64,000 bases of DNA from Verrucomicrobiota bacterium (GTDB lineage Bacteria; Verrucomicrobiota; Verrucomicrobiia; Opitutales; Cerasicoccaceae). Location: NCBI GenBank assembly GCA_039818205.1, contig JBCBUK010000006.1:208215-272214 (forward strand). Direction: 5' to 3'. A model generated the notes under the pieces. It was not told the DNA's origin, searched no databases, and saw only the letters and a list, made by a program, of their open reading frames with translations. Each line of letters begins with the position of its first letter. Position 1 is the first letter of the stretch. This document shows, one piece after another, positions 31,059-39,819 of this stretch. The position numbers and the translations under genes were made by a program.

Positions 31059-31361
31059 CTATTTTTCGACTCTCACGCATTTCCCATAGATCGAATTCGC
31101 AGTAATCCAGCCGTTGATGCGACCTCGGTTGTTGCCGATTTGAAAGCGTTTGCCTTGGATTGCTTTGATCAGGTGTATGTACTGAAAGCCATTAACTTTG
31201 CACAAAACGATATCACCAACTTCCAAGTCATCATCTCTTATCGGAATGACTGTGCATAGTTGCCCGGACTCGATCTTGCCGACCATCGAATTCCCTCGCG
31301 GTCGGAACTGAACGGTCTTTCCTTCCTTCAGTTTTGCGATGTATGGAGTGGCCCAGCCCAT
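31059..31361 (-). CDS. Small S24/S26 peptidase-like protein (100 aa)
   Basis: RPRGNSMVGKI (GxSM), VGDIVLC, YIHLIK; visibly more AT-rich than the flanking genes. Confidence 0.7.
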   Translation of the reverse strand: MGWATPYIAKLKEGKTVQFRPRGNSMVGKIESGQLCTVIPIRDDDLEVGDIVLCKVNGFQYIHLIKAIQGKRFQIGNNRGRINGWITANSIYGKCVRVEK

Positions 31362-31409
31362 GGTTAGAATCTCTTGTCTAAGTTTGCTGGCTCCAATCAG
31401 TCCTCCTTA

Positions 31410-31446
31410 CGCCATTGGCGTATCACTGGACCCAACCGGAGGTTGG
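31410..31446 (-). repeat. Right copy of the 37-bp inverted double-hairpin (REP-like) repeat
   Basis: Reverse complement reads CCAACCTCCGGTTGGGTCCAGTGATACGCCAATGGCG. Confidence 0.85.
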
Positions 31447-31466
31447 TCTGGGTTAAGTGGCGCGCT

Positions 31467-31811
31467 TCAGCCGGGGGGCCATTGGAGGGAGCGTCCGGCG
31501 AGCACGTGTATGTGCAGGTGTGGCACGGCTTCGCCACCGTCGGGTCCATTGTTGATCACGAGGCGAAAACCATTCTCCTTGCCAAACTGGTTTCCCATTT
31601 TGCGGGCAACAATCATGAGGTGGCCGAGTAGCGCAGAATCCTCATCGCCCGCCTCACCAATGCGCAGGATCAACTTCTTGGGGACCACGAGCAGGTGGGT
31701 TGGCGCTTGCGGGGAAATATCGCGAAATGCGATACATTGCTCATCCTCGTGTTCAACGGTCGCTGGGATCTCGCTATCGATTATTTTTTGAAAGATGGTT
31801 TTCTCAGACAT
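31467..31811 (-). CDS. hinT: Histidine triad nucleotide-binding protein
   Basis: TIFQKII, FRDISPQAPTH, HLHIH triad, WPPG end; ATG at 31811. Confidence 0.95.
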   Translation of the reverse strand: MSEKTIFQKIIDSEIPATVEHEDEQCIAFRDISPQAPTHLLVVPKKLILRIGEAGDEDSALLGHLMIVARKMGNQFGKENGFRLVINNGPDGGEAVPHLHIHVLAGRSLQWPPG

Positions 31812-31880
31812 AGCAAACAATTGGCGTTCTAATAAGAGTATCAATCACCGGCTGTTCGCCAAGCATGAAGCCGATCGCGG

Positions 31881-32360
31881 CTACACGTAGACCAAGCGCA
31901 GTCTCGTTTTGCGCGAGGAGTATTTGGCGGCTAATTGCTCGATGAAATCTTGGGTGTGATTGTAGGTGAGCTGACGCTTGCTGGTAAAGTAGCGGCCGGG
32001 TGGGCACACACTGCGACGCAGGCCCGTAATCAAGATGATGGCCTCGGCGCAGCCAGCGACTGTTCGGAGTGCCGTCATCACCGCTGGTCGCAGAAACAAA
32101 GGATCATCATCGGCACCGCTCAGGTCGCAGTGAGCAAAGCCGGTGCTTCGTTTGCCTTGGAGGTGCAGCTTCAGCAGTTGCTCCACGGCACTGTTGAGCT
32201 CGTTGAAATCGGGATTACCGGTCCGCTGCGCAAAGGTGACTGCTGACTCAATGTGCAACGCCAAATCCGGATCGCTCTCGGTCGCCAGATGCAACAGGCG
32301 ATTGAGGGCGGATAGATCGATGGTGGGTTTTGCGAGGCGAGTAGAGCTGGTTTGAGTCAT
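31881..32360 (-). CDS. Hypothetical protein
   Basis: 159-aa ORF filling the gap between nrdR and the HIT gene on the same strand; no recognised family. Confidence 0.65.
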   Translation of the reverse strand: MTQTSSTRLAKPTIDLSALNRLLHLATESDPDLALHIESAVTFAQRTGNPDFNELNSAVEQLLKLHLQGKRSTGFAHCDLSGADDDPLFLRPAVMTALRTVAGCAEAIILITGLRRSVCPPGRYFTSKRQLTYNHTQDFIEQLAAKYSSRKTRLRLVYV

Positions 32361-32411
32361 GGTTGGCGGGAGCAGGATTTCATTTCCTGCGCGGCGCGAA
32401 AAGATCGATGG

Positions 32412-32870
32412 CTAGTGGGCTGGGACTTTCAGCTCACTGATTTCTTTCGCGAGTTCTTCTATGTCGCGGAAGTCCTTATAGACGCTGGCAAACCGCACGT
32501 AGGCAATTTGGTCAATTTCTTTGAGTCGATTCATGATCTGAGCGCCGATTTCTTGGCTGGGAATTTCACTGTCAAACGCTCGTTCGAGTTCATCAACAAT
32601 CTCGACGAGCATCATTTCAATTTGCTCCGCTTGGATCGGGCGCTTCTCTGCAGCACGGCGAATGCCAGCGAGCATTTTTTCTCGATCAAACTCTTCACGG
32701 GCTCCATTGCGTTTGATGACCACCAGGCCTTCGCGCAAAATTTCTTCAATCGTCGTGAACCGATATCCGCAGCCCAGGCATTGGCGACGACGGCGGATAG
32801 ACAGGTTGTTTTTTCCCAGTCGGGTATCCAACACCTTCGTGTCGGAGTGACTGCATTTTGGGCACTGCAT
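32412..32870 (-). CDS. nrdR: Transcriptional repressor NrdR
   Basis: CPKC...[18 protein letters not shown] cone, [12 protein letters not shown]. Confidence 0.97.
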   Translation of the reverse strand: MQCPKCSHSDTKVLDTRLGKNNLSIRRRRQCLGCGYRFTTIEEILREGLVVIKRNGAREEFDREKMLAGIRRAAEKRPIQAEQIEMMLVEIVDELERAFDSEIPSQEIGAQIMNRLKEIDQIAYVRFASVYKDFRDIEELAKEISELKVPAH

Positions 32871-32900
32871 ATTTTAGGACTCAGGTTGGCTGCTGCGCGA

Positions 32901-33494
32901 TTAGTTCGCCGACAGCTTCAAAAAGTTCTCCAGGAGCTTCATCCCATTGTCCGTCGCGTAGGACTCTGGATGAAACTGCACGCCGTAGATTGGTAATTCT
33001 TTGTGGCGCATTCCCATAATTTCGTCTGCGGCTCCCGGATAATCGGGATCGTCGACCCAAGCGGTGATTTCCAGGCAGTCGGGCAGCGAGGATCGCTCCA
33101 CGAGCAGTGAGTGGTAGCGTGTCGCCGCGAAGTCCTGCGGCAGGCCAGCAAAGACGTCGCAGCCGCGATGCTTTACCGGTGAGGTCTTGCCGTGCATCAA
33201 TCGATCAGCGCGAATCACATTGCCACCGAAGTAGTGGCCAATGCATTGGTGGCCGAGGCAAACGCCCAGTAGCGGGACCTTCCCGGCAAAGGCTTCGATC
33301 ATCGCGGTGGATACGCCAGCTTCATTGGGCGAGCAGGGCCCTGGGGAGATCAATACACGCTCGGGATTCAGTGCGATAGCCTCCTCCGGTGTGATCTCAT
33401 CGTTCCGAAATACGCGCTGCTCCACGCCAAGCTGACCAAAATATTGGACCAGATTGTAGGTAAAGGAGTCGAAGTTGTCGATGACTAGGAGCAT
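32901..33494 (-). CDS. Anthranilate/aminodeoxychorismate synthase component II (TrpG/PabA)
   Basis: [33 protein letters not shown]. Confidence 0.95.
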   Translation of the reverse strand: MLLVIDNFDSFTYNLVQYFGQLGVEQRVFRNDEITPEEAIALNPERVLISPGPCSPNEAGVSTAMIEAFAGKVPLLGVCLGHQCIGHYFGGNVIRADRLMHGKTSPVKHRGCDVFAGLPQDFAATRYHSLLVERSSLPDCLEITAWVDDPDYPGAADEIMGMRHKELPIYGVQFHPESYATDNGMKLLENFLKLSAN

Positions 33495-33678
33495 TTTTTG
33501 AATCGGCTAGTATGTTTTCGGCACCACAAATAGTCAATCTCTGACTTGCCCTACTAAATGTGGGGTTTTTCTGCCAATAGTTTGGTATCTGTGTGTTGAT
33601 TTTGGGCAGGCCGACTCGGACTGCAGATCGCGAAATTCAGTCTTCTCACGGAAGAGATCCGTGTCTTTTCTCTGTGGG

Positions 33679-34809
33679 ATGACAGAATCCTTCCAATTGC
33701 TCCAGGGTGAGGCTAATGGACCGCGGCGTGGGCGGTTGTTGACACGCCATGGTACCGTCGAGACCCCAATATTCATGCCGGTTGGCACGCAAGCGACGGT
33801 GAAGGCGTTGACACCGGCCCATCTGGAGGATGTGGGATCGCAGATCATACTGGGGAATACTTATCACCTCAATCTCCGGCCTGGATCGGAATTAGTCCGG
33901 GATCTTGGCGGTTTGCACAAGTTTATGAGCTGGGATCGCCCAATTCTAACTGATAGCGGAGGGTTTCAGGTCTTCAGCCTCGCGAAACTTCGCAAGATCA
34001 CGGACACCGGCATCGCCTTTCAGTCACACATCGATGGTCGAAAAATCTTTCTAGGCCCACGCGAGTGTTTCGATATCCAGCGCAACTTGGGCTCGGACAT
34101 CGCGATGGTGCTTGATGAGTGTCCGCCCTGGCCCTGCAGCGAGGAAGATTGTCGCGGTGCGGTTGACCGCACGATTCGCTGGGCACGGGAGTTTAAAGAC
34201 ATTGCTGCGGGGGAAGGGTGGCTCGATGCGGGCCACCATGCCTTCGGCATCGTGCAGGGATCAATTTATGAGGATCAGCGCAAGGAATGTGCTCAGGCAC
34301 TAGTCGAGATCGGATTTCCCGGTTATGCGATCGGCGGGGTGAGCGTTGGTGAGCCCGAGCCGGAGATGCTTCGGCAAGTCGGTGCGAGTATTCCGGAGCT
34401 GCCCGCCGATAAGCCTCGCTACGTCATGGGTGTGGGCACGCCGCCGCAGCTCTTGAAGATGATCGCCCTCGGTGCCGACATGTTCGACTGCGTCATGCCG
34501 ACCCGCCTGGCGCGCCACGCGAACGTCTTTACCCCGCACGGAACGATTAATTTGCGCAATGAGCGGTTCAAGTATGATGAGTCGCCGATCGTCGAAGGCA
34601 TGGACAACTACACCTGCCAGACCTTCTCCCGAGCGTATCTGCGACACCTCATCATGTCCAATGAGCTACTCGCTCACACCTTGCTCAGCTTGCACAATGT
34701 GCACTTTTTCCTGGATTTGATGGCGCAAGCTCGGAGCCATATAGAGAAAGGAACCTACCTGGAGTGGAGTAAGGCCTGGGTAGAATCCTTCAATTCCGGG
34801 GGTGAATGA
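33679..34809 (+). CDS. tgt: tRNA-guanine(34) transglycosylase
   Basis: TPIFMPVGT, NTYHL, TDSGGFQVFSL, DMFDCVMPTR; ATG at 33679. Confidence 0.96.
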   Translation: MTESFQLLQGEANGPRRGRLLTRHGTVETPIFMPVGTQATVKALTPAHLEDVGSQIILGNTYHLNLRPGSELVRDLGGLHKFMSWDRPILTDSGGFQVFSLAKLRKITDTGIAFQSHIDGRKIFLGPRECFDIQRNLGSDIAMVLDECPPWPCSEEDCRGAVDRTIRWAREFKDIAAGEGWLDAGHHAFGIVQGSIYEDQRKECAQALVEIGFPGYAIGGVSVGEPEPEMLRQVGASIPELPADKPRYVMGVGTPPQLLKMIALGADMFDCVMPTRLARHANVFTPHGTINLRNERFKYDESPIVEGMDNYTCQTFSRAYLRHLIMSNELLAHTLLSLHNVHFFLDLMAQARSHIEKGTYLEWSKAWVESFNSGGE

Positions 34810-34857
34810 AGATTAGTATGGCCCTGGACCTTCAATTGGTCCATATGTTTCACTGAT

Positions 34858-35514
34858 ATGACAGACTCTACCCCGATTCGTGTCCTTATCGTTGATAAAT
34901 ACGAACTTACGCGCATTGGAATACGCCACCTTTTGTCGCAGCATAGTGACTTTCAGGTCGTAGGTGATACGGGTGATTCCGATGAAGCGTTGTCGATTTA
35001 TGAGCGCACGCATCCCGACCTCGTGATGTTGGATTTGGCTGTCTCTGGAGGCAGCGGAGCCGGAATGTTACGCCGTTTTCGTGAGTCACAGGGAAAGGCT
35101 CGCTTTTATGTTCTGTCCTCCTGTGAGGATGACTCTGCAATGATCGACGCCTTTTCCGCGGGCGTTGATGGCTTCGTTAATAAGGCCTCAACTGCGGATG
35201 AGGTGTTGAAGTCTCTGCGAGAAGTTGCGGAAGGTCAAACGGTGCTCGATCCTCGTTTGACGGATCAGGTCGTTAATTTCATGCGCTCTGGCCCCGGCGA
35301 CAAGACGGCGCATCTCGTGGAGAGCTTGAGCGTTCAGGAGCGCCGTGTGCTTGAACACGTCGCCCGAGGCCTCTCCAACAAGGAAGTGGCGAAGGCTTTG
35401 AGCCTGAGCGAAAAGACGATCAAGAACTACTTTAGCAACGTGCTCAGTAAGCTCTCTGCTTCGCGGCGCACAGAAGCCGCCGTCATCTACTGGAAATACG
35501 AGAGCAGCCGCTAG
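34858..35514 (+). CDS. NarL/LuxR-family response regulator
   Basis: Receiver domain (PDLVMLD) and LuxR HTH (GLSNKEVAKALSLSEKTIKNY). Confidence 0.93.
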   Translation: MTDSTPIRVLIVDKYELTRIGIRHLLSQHSDFQVVGDTGDSDEALSIYERTHPDLVMLDLAVSGGSGAGMLRRFRESQGKARFYVLSSCEDDSAMIDAFSAGVDGFVNKASTADEVLKSLREVAEGQTVLDPRLTDQVVNFMRSGPGDKTAHLVESLSVQERRVLEHVARGLSNKEVAKALSLSEKTIKNYFSNVLSKLSASRRTEAAVIYWKYESSR

Positions 35515-35525
35515 TTCTAGCGTGC

Positions 35526-37043
35526 TTAGACCGGCGCCTTAAAGGGCGTTTGGGTGAGGCCGGTGGTGATGCCCAGGCCGCGTAGACGAGCCTCGACGGC
35601 CCAATGGAATAGCTCTTCGTACCTTTCGGCTGAACGGCTCCAGCTGAGGTCCTGGCTCATCGCGTTGTGGCGCAGTTGAGTGATTTCTTCTGGATGGTCC
35701 CACCAAGTTTCATTGGCCCAGCCAATGGTGTAATAGAGCGCGTGGGGGCTCATTTCGTGAAAGCGGAAGCCGGTTCCCTCGCCGCGCCCGGGGACGTATT
35801 GTTCGACACTGTCGACTAGGCCTCCGGTTTCACGGACGATGGGAAGGGTCCCATACTGCATGGAGTACATCTGGTTCAAGCCACAGGGTTCAAAGCGGCT
35901 CGGCATGACGAAGAAATCACTGCCGGCTTCGATCAAGTGGGAGTGCCCATTGTTGTATCCAATGTAGACGCCCACGCGCCCAGGAAAGCGGGCTGCTAGC
36001 TCATTGAACCAACCTTCGAGGCCGGGATCGCCTGATCCCAGGACGACGACTTGGAGGTCCATGTCATTCATGAGCCCCGGAATGATTTCGGCAAAAATAT
36101 CGAGGCCCTTTTGGTCGTATAGGCGTGCGATCGCGGAGAAGATGGGCACGTCAGGCCGCTGCTCCAAGCCAAAGGTTTCTTGTAGCTTTGCCTTGCATAC
36201 AGCCTTGCCGGAGATGTCGTCAGCCGTGAAATGGGTTGGAATCATTGGGTCCGTTCCGGGATTCCAGGCATCAGTATCGATTCCATTGAGAACGCCGACC
36301 AGATCCGCCGAACGGTAGCGAAGGATTCCATCGAGTCCGCAGCCATAGTCCGGGCCTTGAATCTCCCGAGCATAGTGAGGGCTGACTGTGGTCAGCTTCG
36401 TGGAGTGGTAGAGAGCCCCTTTCATCATATTGAGGGCGCCAGCATGCTCCAGATTGTCTTCGCTGAAGAGCCAGCTAGGGAGCCCGGCGAAGTCGAGCAG
36501 GCCGGGCCCGCTGCGCCCTTGATGTTGCAGGTTGTGAATCGTGAATACACTGGCCGCGCGATGCAATGGAGTCTGGCGCTCGGTCGTGTTCAGGAACACC
36601 GGCAGTAGGCCGACGCCCCAGTCGTGGCAATGAATCACATCTGGCCACCATTGGAGCGAGTGGCAAAAGTCAATCGCAGCCCGGCAAAGGAAGGTAAACC
36701 GCTCGGGATTTCCGCTGCCGCCATCGTAAATGCCGCCACCGTAGAAGAGATTGAATTCGAGAAAGTAAACCTCGGCATCTGAGCCTGGATACGTCGTTTG
36801 CCACAGCTGGGCAAATTCTTCGCGCCCGCCACCAAGATGAACCGACAATGGTTGCTTACGCTGCGCCCAACCCTCTTTCTCGGGATCGAGGATACCATAC
36901 TTTGGGCAGAGTGTTTTAACATCGTGCCCGGCCCGCGCCATTTCTTTGGTGATGGCTCCAGCCACATCTGCCAATCCGCCAACTTTGGCGTAAGGGGCCA
37001 GCTCAGGCGTCACTTGGAGAATCTTCAGGCGTTTGTTGTCCAT
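35526..37043 (-). CDS. glgA: Glycogen synthase
   Basis: KVGGLADV, IHCHDW, TIHNLQHQG, PSRFEPCGLNQMY. Confidence 0.96.
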   Translation of the reverse strand: MDNKRLKILQVTPELAPYAKVGGLADVAGAITKEMARAGHDVKTLCPKYGILDPEKEGWAQRKQPLSVHLGGGREEFAQLWQTTYPGSDAEVYFLEFNLFYGGGIYDGGSGNPERFTFLCRAAIDFCHSLQWWPDVIHCHDWGVGLLPVFLNTTERQTPLHRAASVFTIHNLQHQGRSGPGLLDFAGLPSWLFSEDNLEHAGALNMMKGALYHSTKLTTVSPHYAREIQGPDYGCGLDGILRYRSADLVGVLNGIDTDAWNPGTDPMIPTHFTADDISGKAVCKAKLQETFGLEQRPDVPIFSAIARLYDQKGLDIFAEIIPGLMNDMDLQVVVLGSGDPGLEGWFNELAARFPGRVGVYIGYNNGHSHLIEAGSDFFVMPSRFEPCGLNQMYSMQYGTLPIVRETGGLVDSVEQYVPGRGEGTGFRFHEMSPHALYYTIGWANETWWDHPEEITQLRHNAMSQDLSWSRSAERYEELFHWAVEARLRGLGITTGLTQTPFKAPV

Positions 37044-37247
37044 CTGGCAGTCGGTAGGAGGAAATTCTAGGTTTTAGGTGGTTGATGGCGAATGATTGCG
37101 CAACAGCTTCACTATCGGAACAAAGTTGACCGAGCTAAACATCCGTGGCCAGCCCAGAACGCATGTCCCTTAACATCAATAGCCTGGGTGCATCGTCCGA
37201 ATTGATTAGTCGCTGGCAACAGTTTGAATTGGTTCACCGTGCTCGTT

Positions 37248-38063
37248 TTAAGAAGCCTCACGATCTGGAGTTGCGTAAAATGTATAGAAAGAACCAGCGG
37301 CGAAGAACGTGCCATTTTCGTGGGATGATTGCATATAGTCGACCCAGCACTTTGCTTCCGCGTCCGATAGGGCTTTGATGGTTGGCATTAGCCGGGCAAA
37401 CCCGTTCACGCTTGATAGCCAGTAATCACCTTTGCCAGCCTCAGAAATCACGTCAGCGTTGTGACCGGTCAGCGTAAAGCCAGCATCTTTCAGGTATCGA
37501 GGCAGCTGGCGGCAGATATCGGGGTGGGTGGCAATCGCTGAGGTCAGCAGATGATCGATTCTACGGGTGGTTTCGTACGCGGGCTGACTGTAGGTGGTGC
37601 CAGCGTGGTCTGCATCAAACACGATCAACCGCCCGTCATTTTTTAGAACTCTGCGCGCCTCGGAAAGAATACTGACCGGCTCCGGCACATGACTCAGCAA
37701 GGTGTGCATGGTAATCGCATCAAAGCTTGCATCCGCGTAAGGTAGCCGACCGGGAGATAGGTGATCCCATTTGATTCGATCCGAGGGGCTCAGGCGCGCC
37801 GCTTCTTTGAGCAATTCCACGCTAATATCAGCACCGTGCAAACGAGATGATGGGTCTAGCAGTTGCTCCAATTGCCGGATGACCACGCCGGTCCCGCATC
37901 CCAGGTCGAGGACCGCAAGCGGCCTATGCTTCTCCAACTTGTCGGCATAGTCTTGAATCATCCGCACGAACTGGCCGTTTCTTCCGCGCTCCTCGAGTCG
38001 GGTGGCCATTGCCTCAATGGCGGATTCAGGCTGTCGGTCAGGATCAGTATAAGGATCAGGCAT
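37248..38063 (-). CDS. Class I SAM-dependent methyltransferase (Methyltransf_11-like)
   Basis: VLDLGCGTG, GADIS, LPYADASFD, RVLKNDG. ATG at 38063; the longer track ORF overlaps the exosortase gene. Confidence 0.88.
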   Translation of the reverse strand: MPDPYTDPDRQPESAIEAMATRLEERGRNGQFVRMIQDYADKLEKHRPLAVLDLGCGTGVVIRQLEQLLDPSSRLHGADISVELLKEAARLSPSDRIKWDHLSPGRLPYADASFDAITMHTLLSHVPEPVSILSEARRVLKNDGRLIVFDADHAGTTYSQPAYETTRRIDHLLTSAIATHPDICRQLPRYLKDAGFTLTGHNADVISEAGKGDYWLSSVNGFARLMPTIKALSDAEAKCWVDYMQSSHENGTFFAAGSFYTFYATPDREAS

Positions 38064-38091
38064 CAGAGAGGATTCCCGGCCGAAAGTCTTC

Positions 38092-39150
38092 CTAGGACGA
38101 GGAACCTTCTGTGACGGTCGACGGCGGCCGATCGTCTCCGTTGTAATCTTCATCGAAGAACTCCTCATCGTCGTCTTCGTCGTCAAAAGTCAGGGTCATT
38201 GTGAAAATCGGCAGCAGAGCCAACAAAACGATAACCGTGAGAATGAGGACTGAGTAGCCAGCGATATCATGCACCGACATATTGATCATGGCGACCTTCT
38301 CATCGATTGCGTGAGGTCCATATTTGTAGGCCCAAGCGGTCAAAAACACACTCCGCAAGATATTCATGAAGAAGGCCAGAAAGCTGGCTACAATCAGGAG
38401 CAAGCACTTCTTCCAGAAACGATCGAGAAAGACAGCGGCCAGGAAAGACCCAGCAAAGATACACGCCGTGAGCGAGCGAATGCCCGAGCACGCATCGGCG
38501 ACCCCAACGCTTCCGTGCGGCATGACGAGGATATTACCTTCGCGGACGAGCGTGAAGCCGAGGAAATTAAAGGTATGATAGACGATGATCGTTACCCACT
38601 CGAGTAGGACGATCTTCACGTCCGAATACATATACATCACCATCGGGGCGGAGATTAGCCAAACCAGCGCTGGGAACAGGAAGGCCATGGTGAACTTCAA
38701 GCGCTGTGCGAGACCATAAGCGCGACCAGTCACGTCGAACTCGCTGTTCAGGTAGGCGAAACCCATGACGATGCCACCGAACCCCGCAGCAATCGCGATA
38801 CTGCCTTGGTTGGATGGTCCTTGGCCGGCCCGAATCAGGGCCCCGGCGGCGAACACGACCAACGAGGCCAACAAACCGAGACCAAAGCAGATTCCGAAAA
38901 ATTTCTCCGCGACGGAGGAAGACTTGCCCTGAGGCACCTCCTCTTGGGTGCCCGCTAGGTAGGCGCCGAGTTTCGGCCAGCGGTCGTAGACCACGTAAGC
39001 GGCAAACAGCGGGACTAGGAATCCAAAGCTATAGTCTTCGAGGGTCGACCAATAGAAGTATTGGTCATACGTTACCAACCCGGCGAACAAGACAATGAGC
39101 CATGCCGTATAGCGGGTTAGGGGGTCCAGCTGTTTAAACTCGGTGGTCAC
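38092..39150 (-). CDS. Exosortase/archaeosortase family transpeptidase
   Basis: Multi-TM protein with the Cys-Arg-His triad: VADACSGIRSL, NILR, VHDIAG; acidic C-terminal tail. Confidence 0.9.
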   Translation of the reverse strand: MTTEFKQLDPLTRYTAWLIVLFAGLVTYDQYFYWSTLEDYSFGFLVPLFAAYVVYDRWPKLGAYLAGTQEEVPQGKSSSVAEKFFGICFGLGLLASLVVFAAGALIRAGQGPSNQGSIAIAAGFGGIVMGFAYLNSEFDVTGRAYGLAQRLKFTMAFLFPALVWLISAPMVMYMYSDVKIVLLEWVTIIVYHTFNFLGFTLVREGNILVMPHGSVGVADACSGIRSLTACIFAGSFLAAVFLDRFWKKCLLLIVASFLAFFMNILRSVFLTAWAYKYGPHAIDEKVAMINMSVHDIAGYSVLILTVIVLLALLPIFTMTLTFDDEDDDEEFFDEDYNGDDRPPSTVTEGSSS

Positions 39151-39228
39151 GTCGGTGCAAAATGAAGAGCCTGAAAAAAAGGCTCAGGTCGGCCAAGGGC
39201 AATAGCAAACCAGCGATTCTCGGGGGAA

Positions 39229-39714
39229 TCACTCGTTTGCGGCGTCGATTTTTCCTTCCTGGCGCCAGCGATTCCAGTGCTGCTCAGCCGAGGCGATGAA
39301 CTTCTCTGGTGACTCCCGGAAGCGCTTGCGCAGCCCCTCATTCTGAAAGACGTAGATCTTGCCCTGGTAAACGAAAAAGCTAGTCGGGTCGCCGATTCCT
39401 GGCTGGGCCGTAGTCGCTCGGTCGGTGAGCCCGGCTATGCACGCGGCACAGTAGCCACCGAATTGGGGGCTGTAGTCTTCGGGGCTTTCGAGAAAGTCCT
39501 GCATGTTTTGCTGGGTCACAAAGCGCCACTCAGCCCCTTGCCAGCTCACGTAGATGTAGGCCGCCCCTTTGGCAAGCTTGCCCTCTTTCTTGAGCATCAC
39601 CGGATCATAACCGCCCAGAGCCAGAGACTCAGCTCCAGAGACCGCGATCGGACGAAATCCCGTCGAAAAAGCGACGATCGCGAGTAAAATTACGGTTGAT
39701 AGCACGGTTTTCAT
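39229..39714 (-). CDS. Secreted YHS-domain protein
   Basis: Signal peptide, ALGGYDPV, YSPQFGGYCA, GKIYVF. Confidence 0.85.
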   Translation of the reverse strand: MKTVLSTVILLAIVAFSTGFRPIAVSGAESLALGGYDPVMLKKEGKLAKGAAYIYVSWQGAEWRFVTQQNMQDFLESPEDYSPQFGGYCAACIAGLTDRATTAQPGIGDPTSFFVYQGKIYVFQNEGLRKRFRESPEKFIASAEQHWNRWRQEGKIDAANE

Positions 39715-39819
39715 AAGAATTCTGTCGCTTCAAAAATATGAACCTTTCACTAAGTAGGTGTCCACATGCAAAAATAGGATTTACAAAAGCGTCACTGAAT
39801 CCCTTTATCAAACCGGTTT

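Noticed and set aside
38064..38186. N-terminal extension of the methyltransferase in the ORF track
   Set aside because: It overlaps the exosortase 3' end in another frame; ATG 38063 gives a normal protein.
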